Shown here: positions 27,457 to 40,943 of the stretch, in pieces | Position numbering within the stretch: position 1 is the first letter of the stretch | Layout: the number at the start of each line of letters is the position of its first letter | From: Octopus vulgaris | Taxonomy: Eukaryota | Direction of reading: 5' to 3' | Length of the DNA: 64,000 nt | NCBI GenBank assembly: GCA_951406725.2 | Contig: OX597818.1 | Span: 67,828,001 to 67,892,000 of the forward strand | Notes under the pieces: generated by a model | Database searches by the model: none | The model's input: only the letters and a program-made list of their open reading frames with translations | Told to the model about the DNA's origin: nothing | Program-made: the position numbers and the translations under genes

Positions 27457-27541
27457 ATAGATTCATTGTAAAATTATCTTAGCATTTTCTTTTTTTGACT
27501 TGTATTTTCATATATATCAACTCGTGTGTTCCTTTCTACCC

Positions 27542-27595
<54 letters not shown>

Positions 27596-27600
<5 letters not shown>

Positions 27601-27790
27601 CCCACCGGATGCTCCAAATCACATAGGCAAGTTTGAAGATTGCCTCACAAGAATTAAAGATATCCTCATGAATCCGGAACACCACGTGACCATATTTCTT
27701 ATGGGTGATTTCAACGTCCCCAACGTCAATTGGCCCGAAGGTCTCATAATCTCAGGAATGAATCATTGCAAGCAAGTACAGGTGGAGGCC
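27596..27790 (+). mobile_element. CR1-clade LINE endonuclease fragment
   Basis: YCPPDAPNHIGKFEDCLTRIKDIL..IFLMGDFNVPNVNW, containing the YRPP and GDFNxPxIxW motifs. Confidence 0.82.
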
Positions 27791-28236
27791 AAGTTATATC
27801 TTGATATCGCTAGGGATAACAATACTCAAAATATATAACAGAGTGGAATTGTAGGCACGTCTCTTGCAATTTCTATCATTTGGATCTTGTCCTCCCTCTT
27901 CTATAGAAGTGTACGGCTGCAGCGAAATTCATTTTTGGACTTTCTTCTATCGAAGGCATTTTAACAAAAATGCTTCCGTAAAGGCGGTGAAAATATTCTC
28001 AATTTCCCAAAACAGCGACACAATTCAATTTTTAAGCAATATCCGAAAGGGGGAGGGTTACGGTTTACAATTATTTAACAAATGCAACATAACAACGTTT
28101 CCCTTGCGAGGAACCAACAAATGTGATTACAATAATCAAACAGTAATAATAACAACAAACCTTTTTAATTTATCCTTATTTATGTGAAACCACTTATTCA
28201 AGTTCAAGTCATTGATGCAATTTTATACGAATTGCT

Positions 28237-28274
<38 letters not shown>

Positions 28275-28374
28275 ATAAGGGTGAAAATTGAATATTAATT
28301 TGATTAATATGAATTGAAAACCAGTGGTGTAGCATATAAGACCATAGCGGATCTTCTTCTAGTAAAATGGATGA

Positions 28375-28668
28375 CCACTGTTAATGGTTCATCCCTGTTA
28401 TATAATACTTTCACTTTAATAGTTTCAGTATTAAAGTGAATGTCTGCATTACAATAGTGAGATGTTTTTGTTTCACTTTTAACACGTAATACTGAAATAG
28501 TGGAAAAGATATGATATTGCTGTTGGGTCGCCCTAGGGAAAAAGTTAAAAGTTTGCCGATGACACTCCCCGTAAAATTTGAATGAAATTGGTTGTGTGGT
28601 TCTCAAGATTTAGGGAAACACACAGACAGACAGACATACACACATTCTCAGTTTTATATATAAAGAGA
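28375..28668 (-). mobile_element. Non-autonomous Helitron-like 5' end
   Basis: Minus strand starts a|TCTCTTTATATATAAAActgagaatgtgtgtatgtctgtctgtgtg...caaccaatttcattcaaatttt, a pattern typical of animal Helitron 5' ends. No 3' CTRR hairpin was identified. Confidence 0.55.
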
Positions 28669-29048
28669 TACACCTTTACGACGCGCTTCTTTCAGTTTCT
28701 GTCTAACAAATCGACCGACAAGTCTTTGATCAGTCCGAGTCTACAGTAGAAGTCACCTGGTTAACCGGCAAAGACGTGAGACTGAACCGAAACCATTGCG
28801 GTTTCGATTCAAATTTCTTCCCACGTAAACAAATGTATCATTTCTTTGGTCCTCAATTTGTTGCTGATGTCGCAGTTGGAGTTCCTATTGTTGCTGTTGC
28901 TGCTGTTATTGTCGTTGCTTTTGATGTCTCCAATTACGTATCCTTCTTTTGCTCCTCCTCCTCCTCCTCCTTCTTTTTTCTTCTTTATGTCGTCAACGTT
29001 GGCTTGAATGAGATTACTTATGGCCAAAATATTCCAGCAATGACGACT

Positions 29049-29090
29049 CCTGCTAGAAATAGCAACCAATTGATTGCTATTTCTAGCAGG
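29049..29090. repeat. Perfect 17-bp-arm hairpin
   Basis: cctgctagaaatagcaa ccaattga ttgctatttctagcagg. Confidence 0.9.
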
Positions 29091-30427
29091 TCAGATTACT
29101 ACATAGAAACTCACTCATCAATCTTAAGCATTATTGTTTTCGTTGTTGTTATTAAGAGTGTTGTAACTCTGAGTTTGAAGTAAAGTTAGGGAAATAGCTA
29201 TAATAGAATCTGATGATGACAGGCAAATGGACCGATTGAAATATTTTATAGAATAAAAACGCAGGAAAGATAAGGTTAACATTGCTGAAATGTTAGATTG
29301 CTAAAAGAGTAACTTCAGTCGCACTCTCTGATAAAATATTGCGCCAACACTCTCGTCTATGCTTGTATCTCAAAGGGCGCATGTGTGTATGCGTGTCTGT
29401 TTGTGATTGTGTTCATGTATGTGTGTATACACACATAGATATATATACATTTAGATGTATATATTTAAACATGTATGTGTGTATCAATTGATGTATTTAC
29501 AGCGAGATAAAAAGGAAAAGAGAGGAGGAGAGGGGGAAAAAATTGATACACAGAGAAAGAGAAAAAGAAAAAAAAGTAACAGAGATAGATAATAACAGAC
29601 AGAAAGAGAATAATACAAAGATAAGGAAGATAGACAAGGTAAGATAAATATTGAAACAGAGTGAAAGAAGAAAGAAAAGGATGCGAAGAGAAGGGTTGGT
29701 GGGTAATGAAATCGGAAGATTAGAGACAATTTTAGACAGAGAAAAAGCGTGAGAAAGGCAGCCATATATATTGAAATGTATTTCAATATATATACAATAC
29801 CCATTGTAGATTCCGATGTCTGAAACAAATATTGTTTTGCTATTATTCAGAAACTTCTAAAGAATTTCCGAAGTTCTTTTGATAATAGGTACACTGTTGT
29901 AGATATTAAAATATCTTTTTGGTGATGGTGGCGATGGTGGTGGTGGTGATAGCAGTGGTGTCGCTTCTGGTGATGGAGGTGGCAAAATGGACATATATGT
30001 ATATATGTGAACGTTTATGAGTCTGCATATATATAATATGTGTGTGTATGTATGAATGTATATATATATACATGTGTGTGTGTGTGTTTATATATATATA
30101 TAGGCATAATAATGTATATACATATATGCTGTTAGCGAAAGGAATAGCTCAGATAAATACAAGAACATTTGTGCAAGAATTTAGCAAAGAACTCAATGAA
30201 GGAGAAAGAATTGAAATTTCAATGAACATCATATATGTGCACGTGCGCGTGAGCGCCTCTGTGTGTGTGTGTGTGTCTGTATTTGTATGTATATTGTATA
30301 TAACATATTTAATGTTATTTGCGTAGTTGTAAAGCGAAAGCTTGGATGTTTTCATCCGTGAAAAATCCCTTTTCTAGACGTATTGTGTTAAAAAAACATG
30401 AAACACATCAGAACTAAGCAAAACGAA

Positions 30428-30480
30428 ATCCGCCCGGAAGTGACTGCAAGTGCGACATTTTATATATTCCGCCATTGACA
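30428..30480. promoter_or_regulatory. Candidate promoter motif cluster (ETS CCGGAAGTG, YY1-like CCGCCATTG)
   Basis: The motifs lie 35 bp apart in a non-repetitive, CpG-containing patch. A donor-like AG|GTAAGG follows at 30682/30683. Confidence 0.3.
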
Positions 30481-30783
30481 AACTGCAACAATAAGGAAAT
30501 ACGTATCTATAAAACTCGCAGTCAATGCAGTCGTAATTTCATTTTGGCCTGCAGTGATCAATATTGCGTTTTGTAGTGCATAATCTCTACTGTCTGACAA
30601 GAACACACATCAGTTAAGTCTGATACTCGAGTCCTAGATTATCCATACAAGGTTGTCCATTTTACCGATATTCTGGCTAGAGGTAAGGAGAAAAATTTTT
30701 ATATTCACTGCCCGCAAACATCTTTGCCAGGCGTCGTATCGTTATCGACTGCTATTTCCAGCAAACATTGGTGCCTTGTTGTG

Positions 30784-30846
<63 letters not shown>

Positions 30847-30851
<5 letters not shown>

Positions 30852-31285
30852 TAACCCAAACGTGAAAACACAAGGAGAAAACAAAACAACGCGAGGACGT
30901 GGAACAAGTATAGTATTATTGGACGCTCAGGAAAGAAGAAAAGAAGGAGGGTTTTACGTTTCCAGCGGAGCTCTTTATCAGAAACATAGGAAAAGGAAAG
31001 ATCCAAAGAAGGGAAGACGGAGAAAAAAAGTATAGATACATATACTTATATATACGTATATACATATACTTATATATGCATATATACATACATATAGGTA
31101 CATGCTTACATATATATGTATAAATACATGCCTATATGGGTACAGGACGTCACAAAACGTAAACAACATGAAATACGAAGGCAAACTTGGATATATGAAC
31201 AACGAGAGAAACAATTGGACGAGTAACACAAAGAACGACCTTTCATCAGTTGTCGGCTGTCCATCTACTCCATATTTCGAGCATA
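30847..31285 (-). mobile_element. Penelope-type short element with degenerate hammerhead (30951-30985)
   Basis: Minus strand: gttt CTGATaA a gagc tcc gctg GAAA cg TA aaac. The terminus aaagttaacccaaacgtgaaaacaca recurs inverted at 7371-7397. Confidence 0.7.
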
Positions 31286-31321
31286 TATGTGTGTTTTTTC
31301 ACGTGCGTGTATGTTTGTGTG

Positions 31322-31383
<62 letters not shown>

Positions 31384-31987
31384 CGCGCGAGAGAGGAACT
31401 CAAATTTTTCTTATACTTTCTCCAAAACTTTCGGTTGGCTAAACTGTTGTCAACGCTCGCGTGGCAAAAGCTGAAAGTCATGTGGTTCCGCTATCGAGGT
31501 TTGAACTGAATCTCTCCTGTTTTATTTTCTGTTTCATTGGCTGCGTGCATCAAGGAAGAACAGAGATCAATAAATCGATTTTTCTGATCTGATGTGGTTC
31601 AATCCCAGTGATTTCGTCAAATGGTAGGTATCCGCGGAAAAAAATGATGACAATTATCGGACCGACTCTAAGCAGGCATGGAAGGGCAAGAGTTAGTGAA
31701 GGGCTTGTGCCACTGGGTGCCACGTTGAACCTGGACCTAAATTTCTCTTATTGGCCATAGCTATAGGATCTCCAACATTAGGAAAACTTAGGCATTCACG
31801 GATTAACATATTTTGTATACCATGTAGACGTTTATCTTAACCCCTCTCTTCCTTTCTTTATCATTTATGTAAATCCCAACTTACACACACACACAAACTG
31901 TAGAATGATAATCCTCTGGTAAATAAATCAACATCTGCATCTTTATCGTCATCATCATCATCATCTTCATCGTCGTCATCGTTGTTG

Positions 31988-32121
<134 letters not shown>

Positions 32122-32649
32122 ATTATTATTATTACTATTACTATCATTAATCTATTTACCCTTTTTTCAGTTTGGCATCAAAGAAAACGATGTGCTCTTG
32201 GGCCTTGCAGGTTCCCCAACGCCAGCGAGATACGTGCGGTTGTTGTAGTGGTACTTCAAAGGAAAGCAATTGGTTATTGTTTTCCTCCTCTATCACAAAT
32301 TACCAGCCATTCATAAGAGTTCGTATAATCCAGAAGAGGTCAAAGGTCAGGTGTTGCCCCTAACTAAGCCACGGGGCTCATTATTGCAATATTTCAAGTA
32401 TTCTATACAAGTAGATATGCTGGCCATTAATTAGAGTTTCCAGCAATTGCAGGAAGCGCTTTCGTTTTATTATAAATATAAATGCATATATGCATGTATG
32501 GCGTATGTCGACGTATACACACGCAAACACACGCGTGTAGAACCTCCTACAGTTAAATATGCATTTAACTGTATGGGAGAGACAGAGAGAAATAGAGAAA
32601 TAGAGACCTATATATATACACAAGTAGATATAATTGTCACTATGAATAC

Positions 32650-32756
<107 letters not shown>

Positions 32757-32840
32757 ATAGACACACACAGACACACACGCAAATATATATGTATGCATAT
32801 ATGTTAGAATGTTTACGTGCAAAGGTATGTATATATGTCC

Positions 32841-32889
<49 letters not shown>

Positions 32890-33298
32890 CATACATACGT
32901 GTATCTGCGAATGGACGTGTATGTGTATACATGCAAGCATATATGGATGTGTATATGTATATGCATGTGTATGTATTTGTGCCTGCGTGTGTGTGTTTTC
33001 GCGTGCGTGTATGTACACATTAAACAAGTCATGAAACTTTGAATATTGTCTACTTTCCCTAACATAAAAGGTTTCACGTGTAACACAACCACCACGGGAA
33101 CAATGAATCGTAGGGGTGGAGCGATTGGTAACAAACAAGAATAGGAATGGGGACTGTGTTCCAAATTATAATTGAAGGGAACCTCTGCCAGAAAACCCAC
33201 ACCTAGAGAAATCAGGTAGAAACCTTGAGTAAGTAAAAGCACAGTGACGTGTAGTCCGTGGATGTATTTTGGCAGACTAATGGATGGATAAAATAATG

Positions 33299-33886
33299 TT
33301 TTGTACCCTTTGCATAAAGCACAAGGCACGAACTTTTGGGGGAGGGGACATTCAATTAGATCCACCCCAGTATGCAACTGGTGCTTAATTAATCGATCGC
33401 GAAATGATGGAAGGCAAAGTCGACCTCGGTGGAATTTGAATTCAGAACGTAAAGACAGACAAAATACCTATTTCTTTACTGCTCACAGGGGGCGACACAC
33501 AGAGGGAACAAACAAGGACAGACAAACGGATTAAGTTGATCATAGATCGACTCCAGTGCGTAACTGGTACTCATTTAATCGACCCCGAAAGGATGAAAAG
33601 CAAAGTTGACCTCGGTTGAACTTGATCTCAGAACGTAGCGGCAGACGAAATACCTATTTCTTTATTACCCACAAGGAGCTAAACACAGAGAGGACAAACA
33701 AGGACAGACATAGGTATTAAGTCGATTACATCGACCCCAGTGCGTAACTGGTACTTAATTTATCGACCTCGAAATGATGAAAGGCAAAGTCGACCTCGGC
33801 GGAATTTGAACTCAGAACGTAGCGGCAGACGAAATACCGCTAAGCATTTCGCCTGGCATGCTAAAGTTTCTGCCAGCTCATCGCCT
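33299..33886 (-). mobile_element. SINE family B trimer with 18-bp TSD
   Basis: tggatggataaaataatg occurs at 33281-33298 and 33887-33904. One head is followed by three ~180-bp core units. Confidence 0.92.
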
Positions 33887-35397
33887 TGGATGGATAAAAT
33901 AATGCAACAGAGGTAATCTGATTACCATCTTCATTTAACCTCTGTGTACCCTGCTGGCATGGGTTGGACAGATTTACAACATCCAACAAATCCGAGGACT
34001 CCTCATGCTGAAGTGTGTTTTGGCATGAGCGCTGCAGTTGGATACCCTTGCTAATGACATCCACTTTATGGCTTCTTCATTCTACTCGCACCGCTGAGGT
34101 CACCATTCAGGCTACAAGGCCACAAACCGCAAGAAAAGTTGCTTTGTGTTAAAAGATGAGGGTTTAAAGTGTGTGGGAAGTGTTCAGAAAAGAGCAAGTT
34201 TCTTACTAAATAGATATTTATATTAAGGAAGAGAGAGTATGAATGCTCCGATTAGAGCTGTGGACAGATGAAAATGGCGGCGATCAGGTCTTAGGGCTGA
34301 ATCCTAGAGATAAGAAGTGGATATGTGTGTGCAGGGAGAAGAAAACAGGACTCGCTGCTGGACAGATTTTGCAAGAATGTATGGGAGCCTCTGACCATTT
34401 GTAAAAGTATAATTCTTTAATATGTCATTAACAAAACAAGATCAAATGTCACGACTGTATATGAACCACAACAAGAGGCAACAGAAAGGCAAAATGATGG
34501 TTGTAATGAAATCCACACGCAGACACCGTTGATAATACCTTACAGTACCACAAGAGCGTTTATTCGCTGGTTCGATTTAAGGTGATGTCTGCTTGATTTG
34601 ATGAATAAAAATGTGCTTCTTGGGTTGCGTAAAGAACTGGGCAAAACGCGATAACAATCAACATAAGATTTTTCGTATTGCACTCAGAGTTAAATTGTGC
34701 TGGCCTTTTACAAATAACAACAGCAATAACTGCAGAATGGGAGAGAATTAAAAAACGCTGTGCTGTGCTTGAAGAAATTACTTCTGGGACATTGTGTGAA
34801 TGTTTAGTTAGGTCTGTCTAAGAAACTGGAGATGTCTGCACAAATGTCTGGAAACAATTGATTTGAAAAGAATGCAAGGCACATATCGCACGGCTGCCTG
34901 AAAACTCTGTCTAACAGGAGGTGAGACGTGAGAATGAGTTATCAGGTCTCAACGCTCTGCAAAGAGAGTCTTGATGCCGTAATTGGGTTTATATAGGGTT
35001 CAAGAAAAAGGTAGCACCAAGTTGAATCTCACAATAGCTTGATGCTGACTGGTTGCTTAAAATACCAATCACGTGAAACAGTTGTGGTTAGTTCTTGAGG
35101 TTTAACCGGTTACATAGCATTTAGGTTTCTGATCAACGCTACAATGATAACGAATTACTTCGTTAGGATTGGTTGCGAGTTTAGTAGACATTTTATGCGA
35201 TTATGATACAAAGAATTATAAGAGATCGATGTAAATAAAGTTGTGAGGCCTTAACAACTCGCAAAAGTAAATTCAGGGACCCAAATAGATTCTTTATCAT
35301 CTACAAAGCTAGTAACAACACAGGTTATATAAATTCTCACCTTCGGATAGACCAATGCTTTGTGAGTGGATTTGGTAAAGGGAAACTGGAAGAATTC

Positions 35398-35450
<53 letters not shown>

Positions 35451-36039
35451 TATATATACATATATATACATATATATACATATATATACATATATATAAA
35501 TATATACATATATATATACATATATACATTTATATGTACATACACACATATATATATATATACATATGTACATATGCATACACCTATATATACATATACA
35601 CGCATACATATACCTATATACATGCAAATATATACATACATATGTGTGTATACATAAAGTCAGGATATATAAATAGTGGATATGTATTTGTTTAACCACG
35701 TGACTTACATAGGATTACAGCCGTTTCACAACCTTCTTCATAGGGTACTAATTTCCGAACAGAAGAAATTATACGTACGTTTGCATTGATGTATATGCTC
35801 TGCATTAATCCACATGTCGACGTTGTATTCATCATCATCATCATCACTAGCACCACCGTTCTATCGTTTATTATCCAATGCTTGCGTGGGTTGAATGGAG
35901 TATACTGAAGTAGATTGTCAGTGGCACAAACTATGCTTTTAGAGCCGGACGCTAATAGCTCGGTGATAGGCCTTTAACGTAACTACATGAAAGCTAAATA
36001 CAACCAATCCAAAGATGTCGCACAGGGCCAAATAGAAGT

Positions 36040-36340
36040 GTGAAGCAATGCAATGTTTGTGCTAATGGTGTACGTTTACTTGGAGTACACAGAGAATATG
36101 TGTGAAAACATGGATGTAGAAATCGCGAGAAGAATAACAGGAGGGTGGAAGGCGTTTGCTCCAATAAAAGCTACTTCAAAAAACTGGACAACACCTTACC
36201 TAACAAATCCTTCGGTAACCCCATCCTACTTGCGCTTTTAGAAGCAAGTGAGGTGAAGTCTACTGCGAAGAAAAGAGAATATCGATTGGCTACGACACAA
36301 ACGACTACGGAATGTTCCATGCTAGAAATATCTTTTTGAA
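36040..36340 (+). mobile_element. RTE-clade reverse transcriptase C-terminal remnant
   Basis: YVYLEY..MDVEIARRITGGWKAF / ILLALLEASEVKSTAKKREYRLATTQTTTECSMLEIS fits EIxRRIxxGWxAF..LLYGSETW..RLxxTQRxMERxMLG. Confidence 0.75.
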
Positions 36341-36409
36341 TAAGGTAATTCAGGAAGGGAGTCGAGTGAATGATGTAATTTCATAATGGCAAAAGTACAA
36401 GGTCTGTTG

Positions 36410-36725
36410 TTGTTGTTGTTGTTGTCTGTTCCTTCTCGAGACACGCTTGGTTCATACTGGCCGTTTTCCCGGTTTCCTTGGTGTATAGGTTCCCCATCTG
36501 GACGGGAAACCGGTCCGTCGCAGGTAAGGTGCTAGATGCAGAAAGAAAGAGTGAGAGAAAGTTGTGGCGAAAGAGTCAGCAGACGTTCGCCATTACCTTC
36601 TACCGGAGCCGCGTGGAGCTTAGGTGTTTCGCTCATAAACACACACATCGCCCGGTCTGAGATTCGAACACGCGATCCCTCGACCGCGAGTCCGCTGCTC
36701 TAACCACGAGGGCATGTGCCTCCAC
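36410..36725 (-). mobile_element. tRNA-derived SINE with family C head, different tail and (CAA)n end, with TSD
   Basis: Head gtggaggcacatgccctcgtggttagagcagcggactcgcg..gtgttcgaatctc. Duplication acaaggtctgttg at 36397-36409 and 36724-36736. Confidence 0.9.
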
Positions 36726-39387
36726 AAGGTCTGTTGGCGCAAAGATGACGCCTGGTTTAAAGACAAGAGGTGAAACCTTGCAATTGCTGCGTGGTATAAA
36801 AGAGTTCGTAAAAAGCCACCCAGAATGAATTAGTTAAAACCTTTGGGCCAAAATAGAAAATAAGTTCGGAATCAAAAAGAAATTTGCAGCGCATTGTGAC
36901 CAAAGGTGTTGACAACCACTGCAAGTCCAGTCGATTCAGTGAGATATTCTTTATACACACATCTACGTTGGAAAGAATAATTATAATGTAATACACTGTC
37001 CCCTTATACTCTTTCAAATGCTCTTCGTTCCCTTAAGTATTTTCAGCCCATTCCATTATGTATGCAATGACAAACGTGGAAGATCGGCGTTCGCACACAT
37101 TTATAAATATACTCGCACACACGCACCGACATGTATTTACAATGTGCAACATCCTATTTTCATTCCCTAAATACTCTCAAAAGGTATTTGTTGACCCTTT
37201 GCTATAAAACGGCTCATCCAAGAGGCCACACACTGGAAATGAACCTGAAGCTACATGGTTAGATAGTGAACCTCTTATGCACACGGTCATGCCTACACTT
37301 ATAGTGCGTACGTGTATGCAAAGATATGTTGATTCCCTGTAACTAAATGCTATTTCTGTATTCATAGTTGATTATTTCGTTTCAAATATTTTTATTTTAC
37401 CAGTGTTGCTAGTTCCTGCAGTCGCCAAGAGCAAACAGCAACCAGCCAGATTTAGAAGTTTCTCCTCTGCGTTTATTTAACATATGGTCAAGTGGTCTGT
37501 ATTTCTGTAAAATAAATTCACATCTATTTTCTCTCATTTCAAATGACTTATGGTTTTGAATTATTTTTCTTAAGAATTTACTACTTTGTCAATGCCGCAT
37601 AAGAAGAATTCCTTGCAATAATGATTTATATAATCTGTCACAGGCATATATATCAAATAAGTTGAGAACACTGACTTAAGAACATGCCAAATCACAGCCT
37701 GCCTTTACCAATTCAATCGTTTCTCTTTTTTTTCTCTCTCTCTTCTGTTTTCTTTTTTCTCTCCTTCATATAAATAATGGGGAGAATTCGGTTTCCTCAA
37801 AGGTATTATTTATTGCTCTACAGAACTCCTGAATAAATATTACCATGTCAGAAATGAATGGAAAGTGGCTATATTTAGAAATTAAAAGAAAGATATGCAT
37901 AAAATATGTAATCATAAAAAATCAAAAAGAAAAAATGTTGGCATAAGAAATCGGAATGTAAAAAAAAAAAAACTAAAATAATAAAATAAAAACTATAAAG
38001 AAAATTAGAAAGCAAAATAACATCGAATATGAATGTGTCAAATATACGACATTTGTGTTAAGTGAGAGAACACAGATTATACGTTTGCTATAGAAAGTTA
38101 ATATACATTTTTACATCTTTCTCAGTCAAACACTCCAACTAATTCACATATTTTTGTATTACATTTTGCAGCGTGTTTATTGAATGTTATCACATTTAAT
38201 TGCCAATTTAAATCTGCTGAATCTAATTCCCTGTCTTACATCTGGATCTGGAAATTAGCCAGACTAGAGATAAATCTCACCTTTAATCAAATGCCAGTAT
38301 GCAAAGACCATTTTATTCTATGGGAGAATTGTGAATTAGATTTATATTGCACCGCGTCAAGTCGATGGGTTACCAGTATTTTAACAGCCAAATGGGAAGT
38401 AGCATTTTAAAGTAGTTTTTTTTAAGCACTAATTTCTAGTGGGTGGTGGGTGGGAGTAATTTAATGTAGCCATGAGGAATGAGTATTTGCCATCATCGTT
38501 GTAGGTGTTTTCAAAGAGCAGTCACAGTGTTATTGTTGTTGATTGTTGTCGTTGTTATTTGAGTATCAGGTCAATACTTAATCAACAAACTTAGATTATA
38601 GGGCTTTAAATCCATGACACATTCATTATTGTTTCAGCTTTTAAGATGAAACAGTGAATGTAATTTATTGGAACATGTCAATGGAGACATGGATTTCAAG
38701 CTCGATGTTCTGGCTCTGCAAAGGAAAGCCTCCACAAAGATTTAGTTAACACATTTAGAAGATTGAACTAATTTAGAAGATTGAAGATTGAAATGAATTG
38801 CGCAATCAGAATTGGAAGCGCACATTGACCAGCAGTTCATCTGATGATTTGGTCGATGATACTGTGATGCTGTGACATTCATTATAAGTGCAGATGTAGA
38901 GTGTGGGCTGTTCATTTCCTCGCATGATTTTGTGTTCATATTTGGTGTGAAGATAACATCACAACATCTTCCTCTCAATCCAGTCGTTCTTGAACAGATC
39001 ATGTGCTCTGCTCTGTATATCACCTGATTATGACATGGAAACCTCAACTAGAACTACACTCATACACGTTCTCTCATATTACTACACTTTCTTTTATATA
39101 CACTCTGTCTTTCCTGCATAGATCCATCACACACGAACTCACTCACATGCTCATATTGAGAGATAGATAGATAGATACACATACACACAAGCACACGCAC
39201 AGTTACTCACACACACACACACACACACACATTCACACACACACACACTCACACACATTCACACACACACACTCACACACATTCACACACACACGTGCAT
39301 ATGAAAGCATGTATGACTTGCTTCCAAGCTCTTTGGCTACTGTCGCATTTTAATCAGTTTATTTTCCATACGTCGATAGTGTTTCTT

Positions 39388-39706
39388 GGCGTGTCTAAGA
39401 TATTAGGGTATTCGGCTCATGATCGTATGGGCATGAGTTCGATTCCCAGTGACACATTGTGTTCTTGAGCAAAACACTTTATTTCAATTTTTTTTAGTCA
39501 TCTCAGCTGGTAAAAATGAGTCGTACTTTTAATTTAAAGTACCAGCCTTGGTATATTCTGTGTCACGCTGAATCTCCTTGAGAACTACCATGAATGTACG
39601 CGTGCCTGTGGAGTGCTCAGCCACTTGCACGTTAATTTCATAAGCATGCTGTTCCGTTAATCGGATCAACTGGGGCCTTAGTCGTCGTAACCGACGGGAT
39701 GCCAGT
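39388..39706 (+). mobile_element. SINE with family C 3' half but a different head and core
   Basis: B box gagttcgattccc and core ttgtgttcttgagcaaaacacttt, then the family C tail gtggagtgctcagccacttgcacgttaatttc..cggatcaactgg. Confidence 0.82.
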
Positions 39707-40851
39707 TAGTATTTCTTTCAATATAAAACTCTAAAGATATTACAGACATTCCCTGATTCTATACCTTAGTATCATGTGACCTTGTCCTCTGCACCCTCTT
39801 TAAAGCAAGCAGACCTTATGTCATTTCTCAAAACATTATCACCGAATCTTCGTACGACCATATTTCTGAAGCTGGAGTTTATTGCTGTTCCAGTGCTTAT
39901 ATTAATATGCTGCTGTTCTGTGAGTTTAGTTCCCAGTCCGTTGTCTAATTTGGAGGGAATTCTATTGAGTATAAATGAATTATTCACTAGTATTTTATAG
40001 ACTGCTACTTTTTGCATATGTTGTATAAGAATTGTTCTATATTCAAAGTGCATTGTTAATTTGTTGGGAGAATGCTGTGCATGTACGACCAGTATAGCAG
40101 TTTCAGTCTTGCAGTTTCTAATTTCGTCATCTGCAATTGAATTAATGAAGCAAATTCGTTATTAGTGACTTGTTTGCAGAATTGATATGCCAGTGATTTA
40201 TGAATAAAAAGTGGGATTTTCAATGTTTTTGCCATGAATTACTTTCTGTTTAATCTAATGGAATGTGGATTTTGGTTCTGCTGTTGTTTTGCTGAAAGGG
40301 GAAAGTTAGTGTCCATGACCCTTTAGAGAGGCTTCCAAAACCAGCGGCTGGAAGGGAAGGTGGTATGTATTCTTAAACCGAAGACCTAACTTCGAATGTC
40401 TGCAACAGATCTGACCCCATTGTGTTCATACAAGTTGCCAGGAAGTAATGTTGAACTGAGGAATGAACTCAGTCTCAATAAATCATAAGGGGATTTTTAA
40501 AACTCCGAACACAAAGAGCCAGAACGGTCTACCCCAGGGCATCCAGTCTTGTGCTCAAAGGATTCGGTTTGGTCACCTCCCGGAATTAATACATTCTTTT
40601 TTATCAAACTCAGAAACCTAAAGCACTAATTTGTTCTCGGTGCAATTTAAATTCACAGCACATACTTTGAACAAATATGTCAAGACAGGGAGTCAGTCCA
40701 GTGTTTTAACAACTCGTTGTTGTGTCCTATCTCGTATTCATCACTTCTGTAGTTTACGTAATTCATATATTGTATTCTGTATGTAATGGCTTTTGTATTT
40801 GAGATGTTATATTCATAACGGTATTATTTGACTCCTTCTTCTCTTTCGTAG

Positions 40852-40943
40852 AACATCTGCTGTCGATTTGGTTTTTATTGTATTCAGTGGATTTCTTTAA
40901 CGAATGATTTATCTGTGGAACAGAATGTAAATGCCCTTGAAAT
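40852..40943 (+). other. Candidate internal exon (92 nt) of an unidentified transcript
   Basis: Acceptor ccttcttctctttcgtAG, donor aat|GTAAGG. Only one frame is open (NICCRFGFYCIQWISLTNDLSVEQNVNALE). Confidence 0.35.

Larger units (their letters stand above)
27169..27513. mobile_element. Inverted-repeat Penelope-type element with a hammerhead in each arm
   Basis: About 120-bp arms (27169-27292 and 27396-27513) in (TA)n, separated by a ~100-bp spacer. Confidence 0.85.

Noticed and set aside
31235-31285. CTGATGA and gctcGAAA motifs on the minus strand
   Set aside because: They are in the wrong order for type I, with no closing stems identified.
36650-36725. tRNA-like sequences here and at 20546, 22175, 56520 and 58930
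   Set aside because: A/B boxes are present but there is no complete cloverleaf, and each continues into a SINE body. They are not called as tRNA genes.
37689-37711. aatcacagcctgccttt resembles a miR-2 family mature sequence
   Set aside because: There is no complementary arm upstream or downstream to form a precursor hairpin.
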